Assembly: GCA_022574775.1 (NCBI GenBank)
Contig: JACZRI010000002.1
Span: forward strand, 10,303-74,302
Direction: 5' to 3'
Origin: Patescibacteria group bacterium
GTDB taxonomy: Bacteria; Patescibacteriota; Minisyncoccia; Minisyncoccales; RBG-13-36-15
Length of the DNA: 64,000 nucleotides
How positions within the stretch are numbered: position 1 is the stretch's first letter; every line of letters begins with the position of its first letter. Below, one piece after another: positions 1-8,772 of this stretch. A program made the position numbers and the translations under genes. Under the pieces are notes generated by a model. It made no database searches, was not told the origin of the DNA, and saw only the letters and a program-made list of their open reading frames with translations.

Positions 1-14
1 CCGCGACTAAACAG

Positions 15-311
15 TTAACCATGTTTAAGTATCGATTTAACTTTTACAAATCCTTTCTCCATTTCCGGCGTTTGCTCAATCATCCTTTTTCGTACTTCGT
101 GCTTCGTACTTCGTACTTCGTCTTCCCTTACCACATTCTCAATGAAAACTGAACGAAAGGTAGGCCTAACATCAGATATATTAACTTTTTTTAACTGGTC
201 AATATAATCAAAAATCGAGGACAACTCCTCTCTCATTTTTTCTATTTCTTTGGGAATCAGCCCCAACCTTGCTAACTTGGCAATATGTTGAACTTCTTGT
301 TTTGTAAGCAT
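15..311 (-). CDS. gatC: Glu/Asp-tRNA amidotransferase subunit C
   Basis: 98-aa ORF with a GatC-like N-terminus (LTKQEVQHIAKLARLGL...). The C-terminal EVRSTKHEVRKR is encoded by a CTTCGTA word-repeat arm (91-126). Confidence 0.85.
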   Translation of the reverse strand: MLTKQEVQHIAKLARLGLIPKEIEKMREELSSIFDYIDQLKKVNISDVRPTFRSVFIENVVREDEVRSTKHEVRKRMIEQTPEMEKGFVKVKSILKHG

Positions 312-364
312 ATTTTCATTTTAACACCTAAGTATCACGGATTTTGTTTATATGTTCATATGGT

Positions 365-1417
365 TTAGCGGGGTGGTTCTAGATATTCAGTTTCCACCAA
401 AACTTCTTCCAATGCATCAAGATTTTCTAAAACCTGACCAGCTCCCCTTACTACAGCAGTCAAAGGGTCGTCAACAATTTTTGCAGGTATCTTTGTTTCT
501 CTAGTAATCAAAGTATCTAGCCCGCGCAAAAGACCTCCTCCTCCAGCCAAGTTTATTCCTCGTACCATTATATCCGCTAAAAGTTCAGGAGGGGTTGCTT
601 CAATGGTCATCTTTATCTCGTTGACAATCTGTCTCACTGATTTTTCCAAAGCCCTTCTCACATCCTCATCAGAAATTATCACCTCTTCTGGCAGACCGGT
701 TACCAAATTCCTCCCTCTCATCGGAAACTGCTTTCTCTCTTTTAGAGGAAATGCAGAACCCAAACCAATTTTTATTTCCTCTGCCATTCTCTCGCCAACC
801 AAAAGCTTGTACTCTTCCTGCGCAAACTGGATAATGTCTTCATTTAGTTTGTCTCCAGCAATCCGAAGGCTTTTTGCCAAAACTATTCCTCCCAAAGATA
901 TAACTGCCACCTCTGTCGTCCCTCCTCCAATGTCAACAATAAAATTCCCTCCTGCTTCTTGAACTAAAAGCTTAGCTCCGATGGCGGCTGCCATCGGCTG
1001 CTCAATTAAAAAAACATCTTTTGCCCCAGCGTTTTTTGCTGCATCAGCCACTGCTTTTCTTTCAACTTCGGTCACTCCGCAAGGAACTCCTATAATCACC
1101 CTCGGCCCTAGAGAGAATATAAATTTTCTCTGGCGAACTCGCTCAATAAAATATTTCAACATTTGCTCGGTAGTCTCAAAATCGGAAATCACTCCTTTGA
1201 CAAGCGGGCGAGTAGCTACAATATAGGAAGGGGTTCTCCCTACCATCTTTTTAGCCTCCTCTCCTATTGCTAAAATCTGACCGGTTTTTTTATTGATGGC
1301 CACCACCGAAGGTTCAGAAATAACAATTCCACGACCCTTCACATAAACTAAAGAATTTGCCGTTCCCAAATCAATAGCAATATCTTCTGAAAAATTCGAT
1401 AAAATTTTTTTAAACAT
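365..1417 (-). CDS. mreB: rod-shape protein MreB (actin-like ATPase)
   Basis: 350-aa ORF with actin-fold motifs DLGTANS, DIGGGTTEVAV and LAGGGGLLRGL. Confidence 0.93.
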   Translation of the reverse strand: MFKKILSNFSEDIAIDLGTANSLVYVKGRGIVISEPSVVAINKKTGQILAIGEEAKKMVGRTPSYIVATRPLVKGVISDFETTEQMLKYFIERVRQRKFIFSLGPRVIIGVPCGVTEVERKAVADAAKNAGAKDVFLIEQPMAAAIGAKLLVQEAGGNFIVDIGGGTTEVAVISLGGIVLAKSLRIAGDKLNEDIIQFAQEEYKLLVGERMAEEIKIGLGSAFPLKERKQFPMRGRNLVTGLPEEVIISDEDVRRALEKSVRQIVNEIKMTIEATPPELLADIMVRGINLAGGGGLLRGLDTLITRETKIPAKIVDDPLTAVVRGAGQVLENLDALEEVLVETEYLEPPR

Positions 1418-1476
1418 AAAACAAAATATCTAATTTCTAATTACTAATTTCTAATTACTAAAATTTTACCATTTAG

Positions 1477-2721
1477 TCATTTTAAAAATCGTGACAATTG
1501 TTTTATCTCAACCAATTTGGCTTTCTTTTCATTTCTTTTCTTTATCTCTACACTCTTTTTAGCCAGAGTTCTTTCACTCACCACAATTCTCATAGGGATA
1601 CCAATCAAGTCACAATCTGCAAATTTTTCTCCAATAGTTTTATTTGCCCTATCATCATATAATACCTCGCAATTTCCTTTCCACAAATTCTCATATAATC
1701 TTTCAGATGTTTTTTTAACTCTTCCAGTATTCTCAACCTGAATGAAATGAACCTGGAAAGGAGCTATTTCTTCGGGCCAGATAATTCCTTTTTCGTCATG
1801 GTGAACTTCAACCACAGCCCCCATCGTTCTACTAATTCCTATCCCATAGCTTCCCATAATGATTAACTTCTTTTTTCCGTCTCTATCAATAAAGTAAGCG
1901 TTCATGTCTTTAGAATATCTAACACCTAGAGGAAAAATATTGCCAACTTCAATTGACCTTGCTTTATTTAAAATATTTTTACAGGATGGGCAGCGGTTAC
2001 CAGCTTTTGTATTGGCAATCTCTTGATTTTGCGCAAAGTCCCTTTTTGGGCAACAGATAATAACGTCTTCTCCTTCGGGAGCCAAGACTTGAAATTCATG
2101 AGTATACTCTTTTGTAAATCCGGATCCAGATGCTTCGGTAATGATAGCGGAAAGACCGCATCTTTCAAAGATTTTGGAATAGGCTTTCTTCATAATCTCA
2201 TAATATCTTTTAAAATCTTTTTCAGATGAATGAAAGCTATAAAGGTCCTTCATTAAAAATTCTCTCCCCCGAAGAAGGCCGGATCTTGCCCTGGGCTCTT
2301 TTCGAAATTTGGTCTGGATTTGATATATATACAAAGGAAGTTCTGTATATGATTTTACATGGTGTCTAATAATATCTGTTAGCATCTCCTCGTGTGTTGG
2401 TCCCAATCCTATCTCTTTATTTCCCTCTCTACATTTATACATCACCTCCCCTACTGTTTTTGACCAACGACCAGTCTCTTCCCAAAGATGTTTTGGCTGA
2501 AAAACTGTCATTGCAATCTCCTGCCCACCAATATTATCCATCTCTTCCCTAATAATATTTCCGATATTTTTTAAGACTTTGAGGCCAAGCGGTAGATAGG
2601 AATAAACTCCAGCCATTTCTTTATGGATAAAACCTCCACGGATTAAAAGCTGCGAATTTATACTTTTTTCGTCTTTGGGAGCTTCTTTTAATGTTTTAGT
2701 AAAAAGTTGTGATTGCCGCAT
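1477..2721 (-). CDS. proS: proline--tRNA ligase, short form
   Basis: 414-aa ORF with a ProRS-like N-terminus (MRQSQLF.KTLKEAPKDE...SxQLLIRGGF) and class II core. No editing insertion. Confidence 0.88.
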   Translation of the reverse strand: MRQSQLFTKTLKEAPKDEKSINSQLLIRGGFIHKEMAGVYSYLPLGLKVLKNIGNIIREEMDNIGGQEIAMTVFQPKHLWEETGRWSKTVGEVMYKCREGNKEIGLGPTHEEMLTDIIRHHVKSYTELPLYIYQIQTKFRKEPRARSGLLRGREFLMKDLYSFHSSEKDFKRYYEIMKKAYSKIFERCGLSAIITEASGSGFTKEYTHEFQVLAPEGEDVIICCPKRDFAQNQEIANTKAGNRCPSCKNILNKARSIEVGNIFPLGVRYSKDMNAYFIDRDGKKKLIIMGSYGIGISRTMGAVVEVHHDEKGIIWPEEIAPFQVHFIQVENTGRVKKTSERLYENLWKGNCEVLYDDRANKTIGEKFADCDLIGIPMRIVVSERTLAKKSVEIKKRNEKKAKLVEIKQLSRFLK

Positions 2722-2805
2722 AACGGAATTACGAAGTCTGAAGTCTGAAGATTAGAAAATTTTATAAAATCGTTCTTCGTTTCTTCGTATTTCCTACTTC
2801 GTACT
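2722..2805. repeat. GAAGTCT / CTTCGTA word hairpin (proS-rseP spacer)
   Basis: ACGAAGTCTGAAGTCTGAAG ... CTTCGTTTCTTCGTATTTCCTACTTCGTACTTC. Confidence 0.85.
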
Positions 2806-3885
2806 TCAAAAAAGTCTCTGGACATCTCTTAAAGTAATGAAAATTACCAAAGCAATCAATAGAATAAAGAAAAAGATCGTAATTGGCTGTTCAATTTTTT
2901 CAGAGATAGGCTTTCCCCTGATTTTCTCTATTCCCAGAAAAAGCAGTTTTCCTCCATCTAAACCAGGGATTGGCAAGATATTTAATAAAGCAAGATTAAT
3001 TGAAATTACAGCAATGAATTGTAAAAAATATACTATTCCCAGCTGGCTAACTTGAGCAACCAATCCAACAACGCCTACCGGCCCCATTATCGAAACCCCA
3101 ATAGGAACACCACGTATAAGATTTGTTAAGATTGAAATCCACCCCTTAATAGTCAGATAAGTCAAATTGAAAGTAGCTTCTATCCCCTTCCAAATAGCAA
3201 AATACCATGGATAACTAATTGCGGATGTCCTAACTAAAGCTATTCCAATTGCTCCTTCTCCATCAGGAGGAGAGACTCGAGGAACCAATTTTGTTTCAAA
3301 TATTTCCTTCCCCCGCTCAATAGTCAAAATGACTTCCTGACCTTTATATTGTTCAGTAAATTCCTGAAGTTCTTTAACTTTCGTAATCTCAAATTTCTCG
3401 TTTCCTATTTTGATTGTTCCAATGATATCTCCTGCCCTAAAACCTGCCTCTTCTGCCGGCGAATCTTTAGCCACAGCGATAATTTGTACCTTAGGATCAA
3501 TTAAAACGCCTTCTTCTTCATCTGATATCGCTTGAGATGTACCTAACCAAAGAGTAAAGCTTAATAAAATTACTGATATTATCCAAAAAACAACAACTCC
3601 CGCAATAACAATCAAAGCTCTCTGCCAAATCGGCCTTGAACTAAAACTTCTAGGGTCTTTGATATCTTTTTCTTCTCCGTAGATCTTCACAAATCCTCCA
3701 AACGGTAAAAGATTAAAAGAATAAGTAGTTTCCCCGATTTTTTTTGCGAAAAGCCGCGGTGGAAAAAATATTCCAAATTCCTCAACTTTAACTCCGAAAC
3801 GTTTAGCCGTTATAAAATGGCCAAATTCGTGCAGCACTATTAAACTAATGAGGCTGCTAAAAGCAATGATAATGGTAAAAAACAT
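2806..3885 (-). CDS. rseP: RIP metalloprotease RseP (M50 site-2 protease with PDZ)
   Basis: 359-aa ORF with an HEFGH zinc motif, a central PDZ-like segment and NLLPIPGLDGG near the C-terminus. Polytopic. Confidence 0.88.
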   Translation of the reverse strand: MFFTIIIAFSSLISLIVLHEFGHFITAKRFGVKVEEFGIFFPPRLFAKKIGETTYSFNLLPFGGFVKIYGEEKDIKDPRSFSSRPIWQRALIVIAGVVVFWIISVILLSFTLWLGTSQAISDEEEGVLIDPKVQIIAVAKDSPAEEAGFRAGDIIGTIKIGNEKFEITKVKELQEFTEQYKGQEVILTIERGKEIFETKLVPRVSPPDGEGAIGIALVRTSAISYPWYFAIWKGIEATFNLTYLTIKGWISILTNLIRGVPIGVSIMGPVGVVGLVAQVSQLGIVYFLQFIAVISINLALLNILPIPGLDGGKLLFLGIEKIRGKPISEKIEQPITIFFFILLIALVIFITLRDVQRLF

Positions 3886-3898
3886 ATCTTCCTACGAA

Positions 3899-3937
3899 TC
3901 CTTCGACTAGGTTCAGGATGGTGAGCCTGTCGAACCA
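3899..3937. repeat. REP-like element copy (inverted orientation)
   Basis: CCTTCGACTAGGTTCAGGATGGTGAGCCTGTCGAACC. Confidence 0.85.
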
Positions 3938-3974
3938 TTACAAATCTTTACGAATATACGAATGATGATAATAA

Positions 3975-4129
3975 GCGAGGAAATGTAACTTTTTGGACCA
4001 TCCAGAGGCGAGCTCGCACGGTTCGAGCGAAACCAAGTCCGACTTGGCAAAGCGAGAGAGCAAGCCAAGGTTTGAGCTCGCATTCTCGCTGAAAATGCGA
4101 AGCGTGTCCAAAAAGTTACATTTCCTCGC
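3975..4129. repeat. 155-bp element bounded by 24-bp perfect inverted repeats
   Basis: GCGAGGAAATGTAACTTTTTGGAC (3975-3998) is the exact reverse complement of 4106-4129. The GC-rich interior holds sub-hairpins (CCAAGT/ACTTGG, GCGAGCTCGC). Confidence 0.9.
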
Positions 4130-4158
4130 GCCCACTTTGAGGCTTCGTTGCCGAACGG

Positions 4159-4716
4159 TCACTCTGAAATTTCTTTCTTTTTACTCTCCCCTATTCCCTC
4201 AATTTTTTCATTATATTCATCAATCAATTCTTGAAGTTTATCTTTTCCTTTAAACTTATCATCCTCCCTGATTATCCCTTCTCTGAATTCTTCCTGGATT
4301 TCATTCCACGCACCTTCCCTCCACCTCCGAATTGTTCTCTTTGCCTCTTCTTGTTTAACAGATAAAAGCTTTAACAAATCCTTCCTGTATTCCCCGCTTA
4401 ATTGAGGTAGAGAAATCCGAATAAGGTCTTTATCAACAACTGGATTTATCCCTGATCCAGAACGGAAAATTGCCTTTTCAATTGATTCTAAATAAGATCT
4501 ATCCCAAGGATGAATCGTAAGCTGCCTTGGACCTGCAACAGATATAGATGCTAATTGTTTTAAAGAAAACACATTCCCAAAACACTCAACTTCAAGATCT
4601 TCAACCAAAGAAGGATTCGCCCTGCTTGTGCGGATTTTCTGAACCTCTCCCTCCAAGAAACTAATCGTTTTATCTAACTCTGGCTTAATTTTATCAATAA
4701 TTTCTTGATACGTCAT
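4159..4716 (-). CDS. frr: ribosome recycling factor
   Basis: RRF-like over full length. ORF-track start 4761 trimmed to ATG 4716 (MTYQEIIDKIK...). TCGACA-17nt-TATATT lies just upstream. Confidence 0.9.
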   Translation of the reverse strand: MTYQEIIDKIKPELDKTISFLEGEVQKIRTSRANPSLVEDLEVECFGNVFSLKQLASISVAGPRQLTIHPWDRSYLESIEKAIFRSGSGINPVVDKDLIRISLPQLSGEYRKDLLKLLSVKQEEAKRTIRRWREGAWNEIQEEFREGIIREDDKFKGKDKLQELIDEYNEKIEGIGESKKKEISE

Positions 4717-4765
4717 TTCTATTTTTGAATATAGCAAAATTTGACCCTTCTGTCGACCCAATATG

Positions 4766-4797
4766 TAAGAGTACAGGATTCGAACCCTGTACTCTTA
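4766..4797 (-). other. 12-bp hairpin with a tRNA T-loop-like apex (GUUCGAAU)
   Basis: TAAGAGTACAGG / CCTGTACTCTTA perfect stem. The loop reads GGTTCGAATCC-like on the minus strand. Lies between the holB terminator and the frr promoter. Confidence 0.7.
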
Positions 4798-4827
4798 AAA
4801 AGACTCCGGAAAAAGGACCCGAAGTCT
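4794..4827 (-). terminator. intrinsic terminator after holB
   Basis: Minus strand AGACUUCGGGU...ACCGGAGUCU imperfect stem followed by UUUUUAA. Confidence 0.6.
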
Positions 4828-4893
4828 TCTTGTTGTATCTCTTATTCGTTAGTCAGATGCAAATATTCCCGAGCTATCACCTCAGCATCTACA

Positions 4894-5916
4894 TTACAAC
4901 TCAAGCATTATCTGCTCCAAAGCCAATCTTTGATTAATATTGGTTCTATCTATTAAAACTTTTACTCTTTCAATAGTTTGAATAATTTTTCTCAACTGAT
5001 TAAAAGAATAATGGCTGCCGCCTTTGGCGAGCCTCCCCCCCGCTTGAAGCGACGCCTCTGGCAAGAAGTTAGATGACTTTTTTATTTTTTTCAGCAAAAT
5101 ACCACGAAAATACCGCAGCCAGATCTCTAGAGTTTCTTTTATGTCCTTTTTTTTAGAAACTAAATCTTTAACGTACAGGAAGCGAGAAACAAGATCTGTT
5201 TTGCTAAATTGTGTTATCTCCATTATTTCCTGTTCCTGGTCTTTCATTATTTGAGGATGTTTAGCTAAACTAACAGCCATCCCTGGTTTTCCAAAAGAAA
5301 TTAAAGCGATTTCTTGAGCTTTCTTAAGAGAATAACCGTTTTCCTTAAGATAATTTTCAATCGCAGATTTTGAAACGGGAAAAAATTTAATTTGCTGAAC
5401 TCGAGACAAAATAGTCTGGAAAAGAATTTGAGGATAATCAGTAATTAAAATTAAAATAGTTTTCCCTTTTGGCTCCTCAAGAGTCTTTAAAAGACAATTT
5501 TGAGCATCAGGGTTTAAGGTATGGGCATCGTTAATTATTGCTGCTTTAAAAGAAGCTAAGGAAGGACGGAGAGATAATTTCCAAACAAGATCTCTTATTT
5601 GAGAAATCTTAATTTCCGCCCTGCTAATTGAACCTAAATCCTTCTCCGGTTTCTGTGGTTCAACAAAAAAAAAGTCTGGATGAATGCCTTTTTCTAGGTC
5701 CTTACAGAACCGACAATCCTGACAAGGTTTTTTCCCTGCCTGCCCCTCACCGAACTTGTTCTGGCGCTGGGAACAGTAAAGTAATTTAATAAACTCCAGG
5801 GCTATTTTTTTTTTACCTAATTGAGACTGGCCAGAAAATAAATAAGCATGAGAAATTTTTTGCATATCTGCTGATTTTCTCAAAAATTCCCGCTGCTTTT
5901 GATGACCAACAATCAT
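4894..5916 (-). CDS. holB: DNA polymerase III delta-prime subunit
   Basis: 340-aa ORF with a clamp-loader AAA+-like N-terminus (HAYLFSG..GKKKIA), a CQDCRFC Zn module and an SRVQ motif. Confidence 0.85.
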   Translation of the reverse strand: MIVGHQKQREFLRKSADMQKISHAYLFSGQSQLGKKKIALEFIKLLYCSQRQNKFGEGQAGKKPCQDCRFCKDLEKGIHPDFFFVEPQKPEKDLGSISRAEIKISQIRDLVWKLSLRPSLASFKAAIINDAHTLNPDAQNCLLKTLEEPKGKTILILITDYPQILFQTILSRVQQIKFFPVSKSAIENYLKENGYSLKKAQEIALISFGKPGMAVSLAKHPQIMKDQEQEIMEITQFSKTDLVSRFLYVKDLVSKKKDIKETLEIWLRYFRGILLKKIKKSSNFLPEASLQAGGRLAKGGSHYSFNQLRKIIQTIERVKVLIDRTNINQRLALEQIMLEL

Positions 5917-5918
5917 TT

Positions 5919-6926
5919 TTATTTCTTATCAATTATACTCTTCTTATAAATATCCAGGGTTTCAAGTACAACTCCAGTTCCTTTCACAACGCAAAACAAT
6001 GGATCGTCTGCAACAAAACATGGAACACCAGTGGAGTCAGCAATAAGTTCATCAATATTCCTCATTAAAGCTCCTCCCCCAGAAAGAATCATCCCCTTGT
6101 CCATAATATCCGCAGAAAGCTCCGGAGGAGTATCTCTTAAAACATGTTTTATCATCTGAATAATATCTGTTAAAACATCGGAAACTGCTTCACAGACTTC
6201 GTTGGAAGAAATTTTAATTGTTCGTGGCAACCCTAAGATTAAATCCCTACCTCTAATCTCAAAAAATCTTTCCTCTTTTTCCGGAACAGCGGTTCCAATT
6301 CTTATTTTAATTTCCTCAGCAGACTGTTCTCCAACAGCTAAATTATATTTTTTCTTAATGTAGTCTGAAATAGCAAAGTCCATCGCATCTCCTGCCACTC
6401 TGATTGAATTCCAAGTGACTATTCCTCCTAAAGAAATTACTGCTACTTCAGATGTCCCACCTCCGATATCAACAATTAAATGACCAGAGCAGGCATTAAT
6501 AGGAATCCCTGCTCCAATCGCTGCTAAAATTGGTTCTTTGACAACATAGACAGATCTAGCGCCGGCTGCCATTCCAGCTCCGATCACTGCCCTTTTTTCC
6601 GTAGACGTGATGCCCACTGGAACCGCTATCATTAATTCTGGCTTGAAAAAACGAAAAGATCCACCGGTTCTTTCAATAAAATATCTAAGCATAGCTTGAG
6701 CCACTCGGTAATCAGCAATCACACCATCACGTAAAGGCCTGTACACTCTGATGGTATCTGGAGTCCTGCCTACCATTTCTTTAGCTTCTGTACCTACTGC
6801 TAAAATTTTATTCTCCACAACAGAGACTGCTACCACAGAAGGTTCATTCAAAACCACCCCTTTCTTAGGAATAAACACCAGGGAATTACGGGTTCCAAGA
6901 TCAATTCCAATTTTAGAAGAAAACAC
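5919..6926 (-). CDS. mreB: second MreB-family actin-like protein
   Basis: 335-aa ORF with DLGTRNS, DIGGGTSEVAV and LSGGGALMRN motifs. Paralog of 365-1417. Confidence 0.9.
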   Translation of the reverse strand: MFSSKIGIDLGTRNSLVFIPKKGVVLNEPSVVAVSVVENKILAVGTEAKEMVGRTPDTIRVYRPLRDGVIADYRVAQAMLRYFIERTGGSFRFFKPELMIAVPVGITSTEKRAVIGAGMAAGARSVYVVKEPILAAIGAGIPINACSGHLIVDIGGGTSEVAVISLGGIVTWNSIRVAGDAMDFAISDYIKKKYNLAVGEQSAEEIKIRIGTAVPEKEERFFEIRGRDLILGLPRTIKISSNEVCEAVSDVLTDIIQMIKHVLRDTPPELSADIMDKGMILSGGGALMRNIDELIADSTGVPCFVADDPLFCVVKGTGVVLETLDIYKKSIIDKK

Positions 6927-6997
6927 TTTTGAAGTGCGAAGTAGGAAGTACGAAGAAATGAAGAAAAAGAAATCTTCAAATCTTCAGACTTCAAACT
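6927..6997. repeat. same word family in inverted orientation (mreB2-murA spacer)
   Basis: GAAGTGCGAAGTAGGAAGTACGAAG ... CTTCAAATCTTCAGACTTCAAACTTC. Confidence 0.85.
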
Positions 6998-8263
6998 TCA
7001 AACTTTAACCCTTCTAATATCCGCCCCAAGCTTCTGAAACTTTTCTTCAATTTTCTCATAGCCTCGGTCAATCTGATAAATATTTTCAATAATACTTTGT
7101 CCATTGGCAATCAAGGCTGCAATAATCAAAGAAGCTCCTGCTCTGATATCCCAGCTTTCAATCTTTACACCCTTTAAGGAAGTGGGACCGAAAACAAAAG
7201 CGCGGTGCGGATCAACTACTTCAATATCGGCCCCCATTTTCCTTAATTCCTGCGTAAAACTCAATCTATTTTCATACAAAGGATCGTGAATCAAGCTTTT
7301 CCCTTTAGCCTGAGTTAAAAGTGGTAAAATTATGGGAATCAGGTCAGTCTGAAAACCAGGATAAGGCAAGGCTTGAACTCTTGTTGCTATAAAATCTTTA
7401 GAAGGGCCTAACTTAATGAAATCTGAACCTTTATTGAAGTTTACACCAATACCTTCTAGTTTTGCCAGAAAAATATCCAAATGCGAGGTGGTACATTTTC
7501 TAACTTCAATTTCGCCATGAGATACGGCTCCTGCTATTAAAAATGTTGCTGTTTCTAATGGATCTGGAGAAATTTCATGAGATACGCCATCAAGCTCTTT
7601 TACTCCTTCAATGATAATATCATGCGTTCCCAGGCCTTCTATTTTAGCTCCCATTTTCTTTAACATCCCTCCCAAATCCTGAACCTGTGGCTCTGCTGCA
7701 GCTCCCTTAATTATAGTCTTTCCTGCACCTGTAACAGATGCCATCATCAAATTCTCAGTAGCTGTCACGCTAAATTCTTCAAGAATAATTTCTGAACCCT
7801 GGACATTTTTTGCCCTAAAGTAATAAAAATTGTTCTCTTTGGAAATTTCTATGCCCAATTTTTCCAACGATTTTAAATGCGTTGTAATTGGACGAAGGCC
7901 GATCCGATCTCCTCCGGGATGAGAAATTTTAAATTCCTGAAATCTGGAAAGCAGACTCCCTATAAGCAGAACAGAAATGCGAGATTTTCCTATTAAATTA
8001 GAATCTATTCTTTCAGGATTTATATTTCGATTGGCTTTAATCTTGACTTTTCTATCACCTTCCCAGGAAATTTCCACTCCCATACTCTCTAAAATTTTCA
8101 AAAGATTTAAAACATCTTCAACTAAGGGTAAATTGTCAATAATGCATTCTTTTTCTGTTAATAAGGTCGCGGCTAAAATAGCACCTGCCGCATTTTTTGA
8201 ACCATTTATTTCCACTATTCCATTTAAAGGTTTTCCCCCGTTGATTATAAAACGATCTGCCAT
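6998..8263 (-). CDS. murA: UDP-N-acetylglucosamine 1-carboxyvinyltransferase
   Basis: 421-aa ORF with an enolpyruvyl-transferase pattern (INGGKPLNG.V...GSKNAA; tandem EPT repeats). Confidence 0.92.
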   Translation of the reverse strand: MADRFIINGGKPLNGIVEINGSKNAAGAILAATLLTEKECIIDNLPLVEDVLNLLKILESMGVEISWEGDRKVKIKANRNINPERIDSNLIGKSRISVLLIGSLLSRFQEFKISHPGGDRIGLRPITTHLKSLEKLGIEISKENNFYYFRAKNVQGSEIILEEFSVTATENLMMASVTGAGKTIIKGAAAEPQVQDLGGMLKKMGAKIEGLGTHDIIIEGVKELDGVSHEISPDPLETATFLIAGAVSHGEIEVRKCTTSHLDIFLAKLEGIGVNFNKGSDFIKLGPSKDFIATRVQALPYPGFQTDLIPIILPLLTQAKGKSLIHDPLYENRLSFTQELRKMGADIEVVDPHRAFVFGPTSLKGVKIESWDIRAGASLIIAALIANGQSIIENIYQIDRGYEKIEEKFQKLGADIRRVKV

Positions 8264-8318
8264 ATACTATGAATTATACCTTTTAATCTTATCGCAAAAC
8301 CAATGAATTAACAACCTT

Positions 8319-8355
8319 CAAAAAGAACCCTGCCTTACTTTAATTTCAGGCAGGG
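8319..8355 (-). terminator. intrinsic terminator after the 8346-8540 unit
   Basis: CCCTGCCT / AGGCAGGG 8-bp stem (8328-8335 / 8348-8355) followed on the minus strand by TTCTTTTTG. Confidence 0.7.
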
Positions 8356-8540
8356 ATTGCCATCTTGGTTCTTCTCTGCCACTGGCAACAAGCGTAGCGT
8401 TCACCCAAAACTTGAATAATTTTCTCTTCATCAAACTTTTGGAAGATAACAACTTTTTCTTGACGATAACAGACCTCACAAAGTGGTCTATCATCTCTGC
8501 GTACCTTCACTTGCCTAATCTGGCCGCAGAGAAAGAGCAC
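8346..8540 (-). CDS. hypothetical small Cys-containing protein (coding status uncertain)
   Basis: 64-codon GTG-start ORF, GC-richer than its flanks. Its stop codon sits in an 8-bp GC hairpin followed by a T-run. Confidence 0.35.
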   Translation of the reverse strand: MLFLCGQIRQVKVRRDDRPLCEVCYRQEKVVIFQKFDEEKIIQVLGERYACCQWQRRTKMAIPA

Positions 8541-8772
8541 TTCTCTTTTAGTTAAAACTCTTATGCTAACACCTATTACAAATTAACTGACCGGTTTTTC
8601 GGTTCTTGCGCGCCTTTTTTGATTTACAACAGATCTTATGTATATCTTCTACCGCTTCTTCTCATCTTTTTTTACGAGATATAAAGCCAAAATAGCTCGC
8701 TAACCAGAGTATAGCAGTTTTATCTAAAATGTAAAGATGGCTGATAACGGGTATATTTGCTAAAATATAAAT

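Noticed and set aside
3938-4253. ORFs of 74 aa (-) and 86 aa (+) between rseP and frr.
   Set aside because: Both run through the 24-bp inverted-repeat element and a REP-like copy. They are explained by palindromic GC-rich repeat sequence and have no start context.
4741-4830. Possible tRNA gene suggested by GGTTCGAATCC.
   Set aside because: Only a 12-bp hairpin with an 8-nt loop can be folded. No D-arm or anticodon arm is present, and the 5' half of the stem directly abuts the T-stem.
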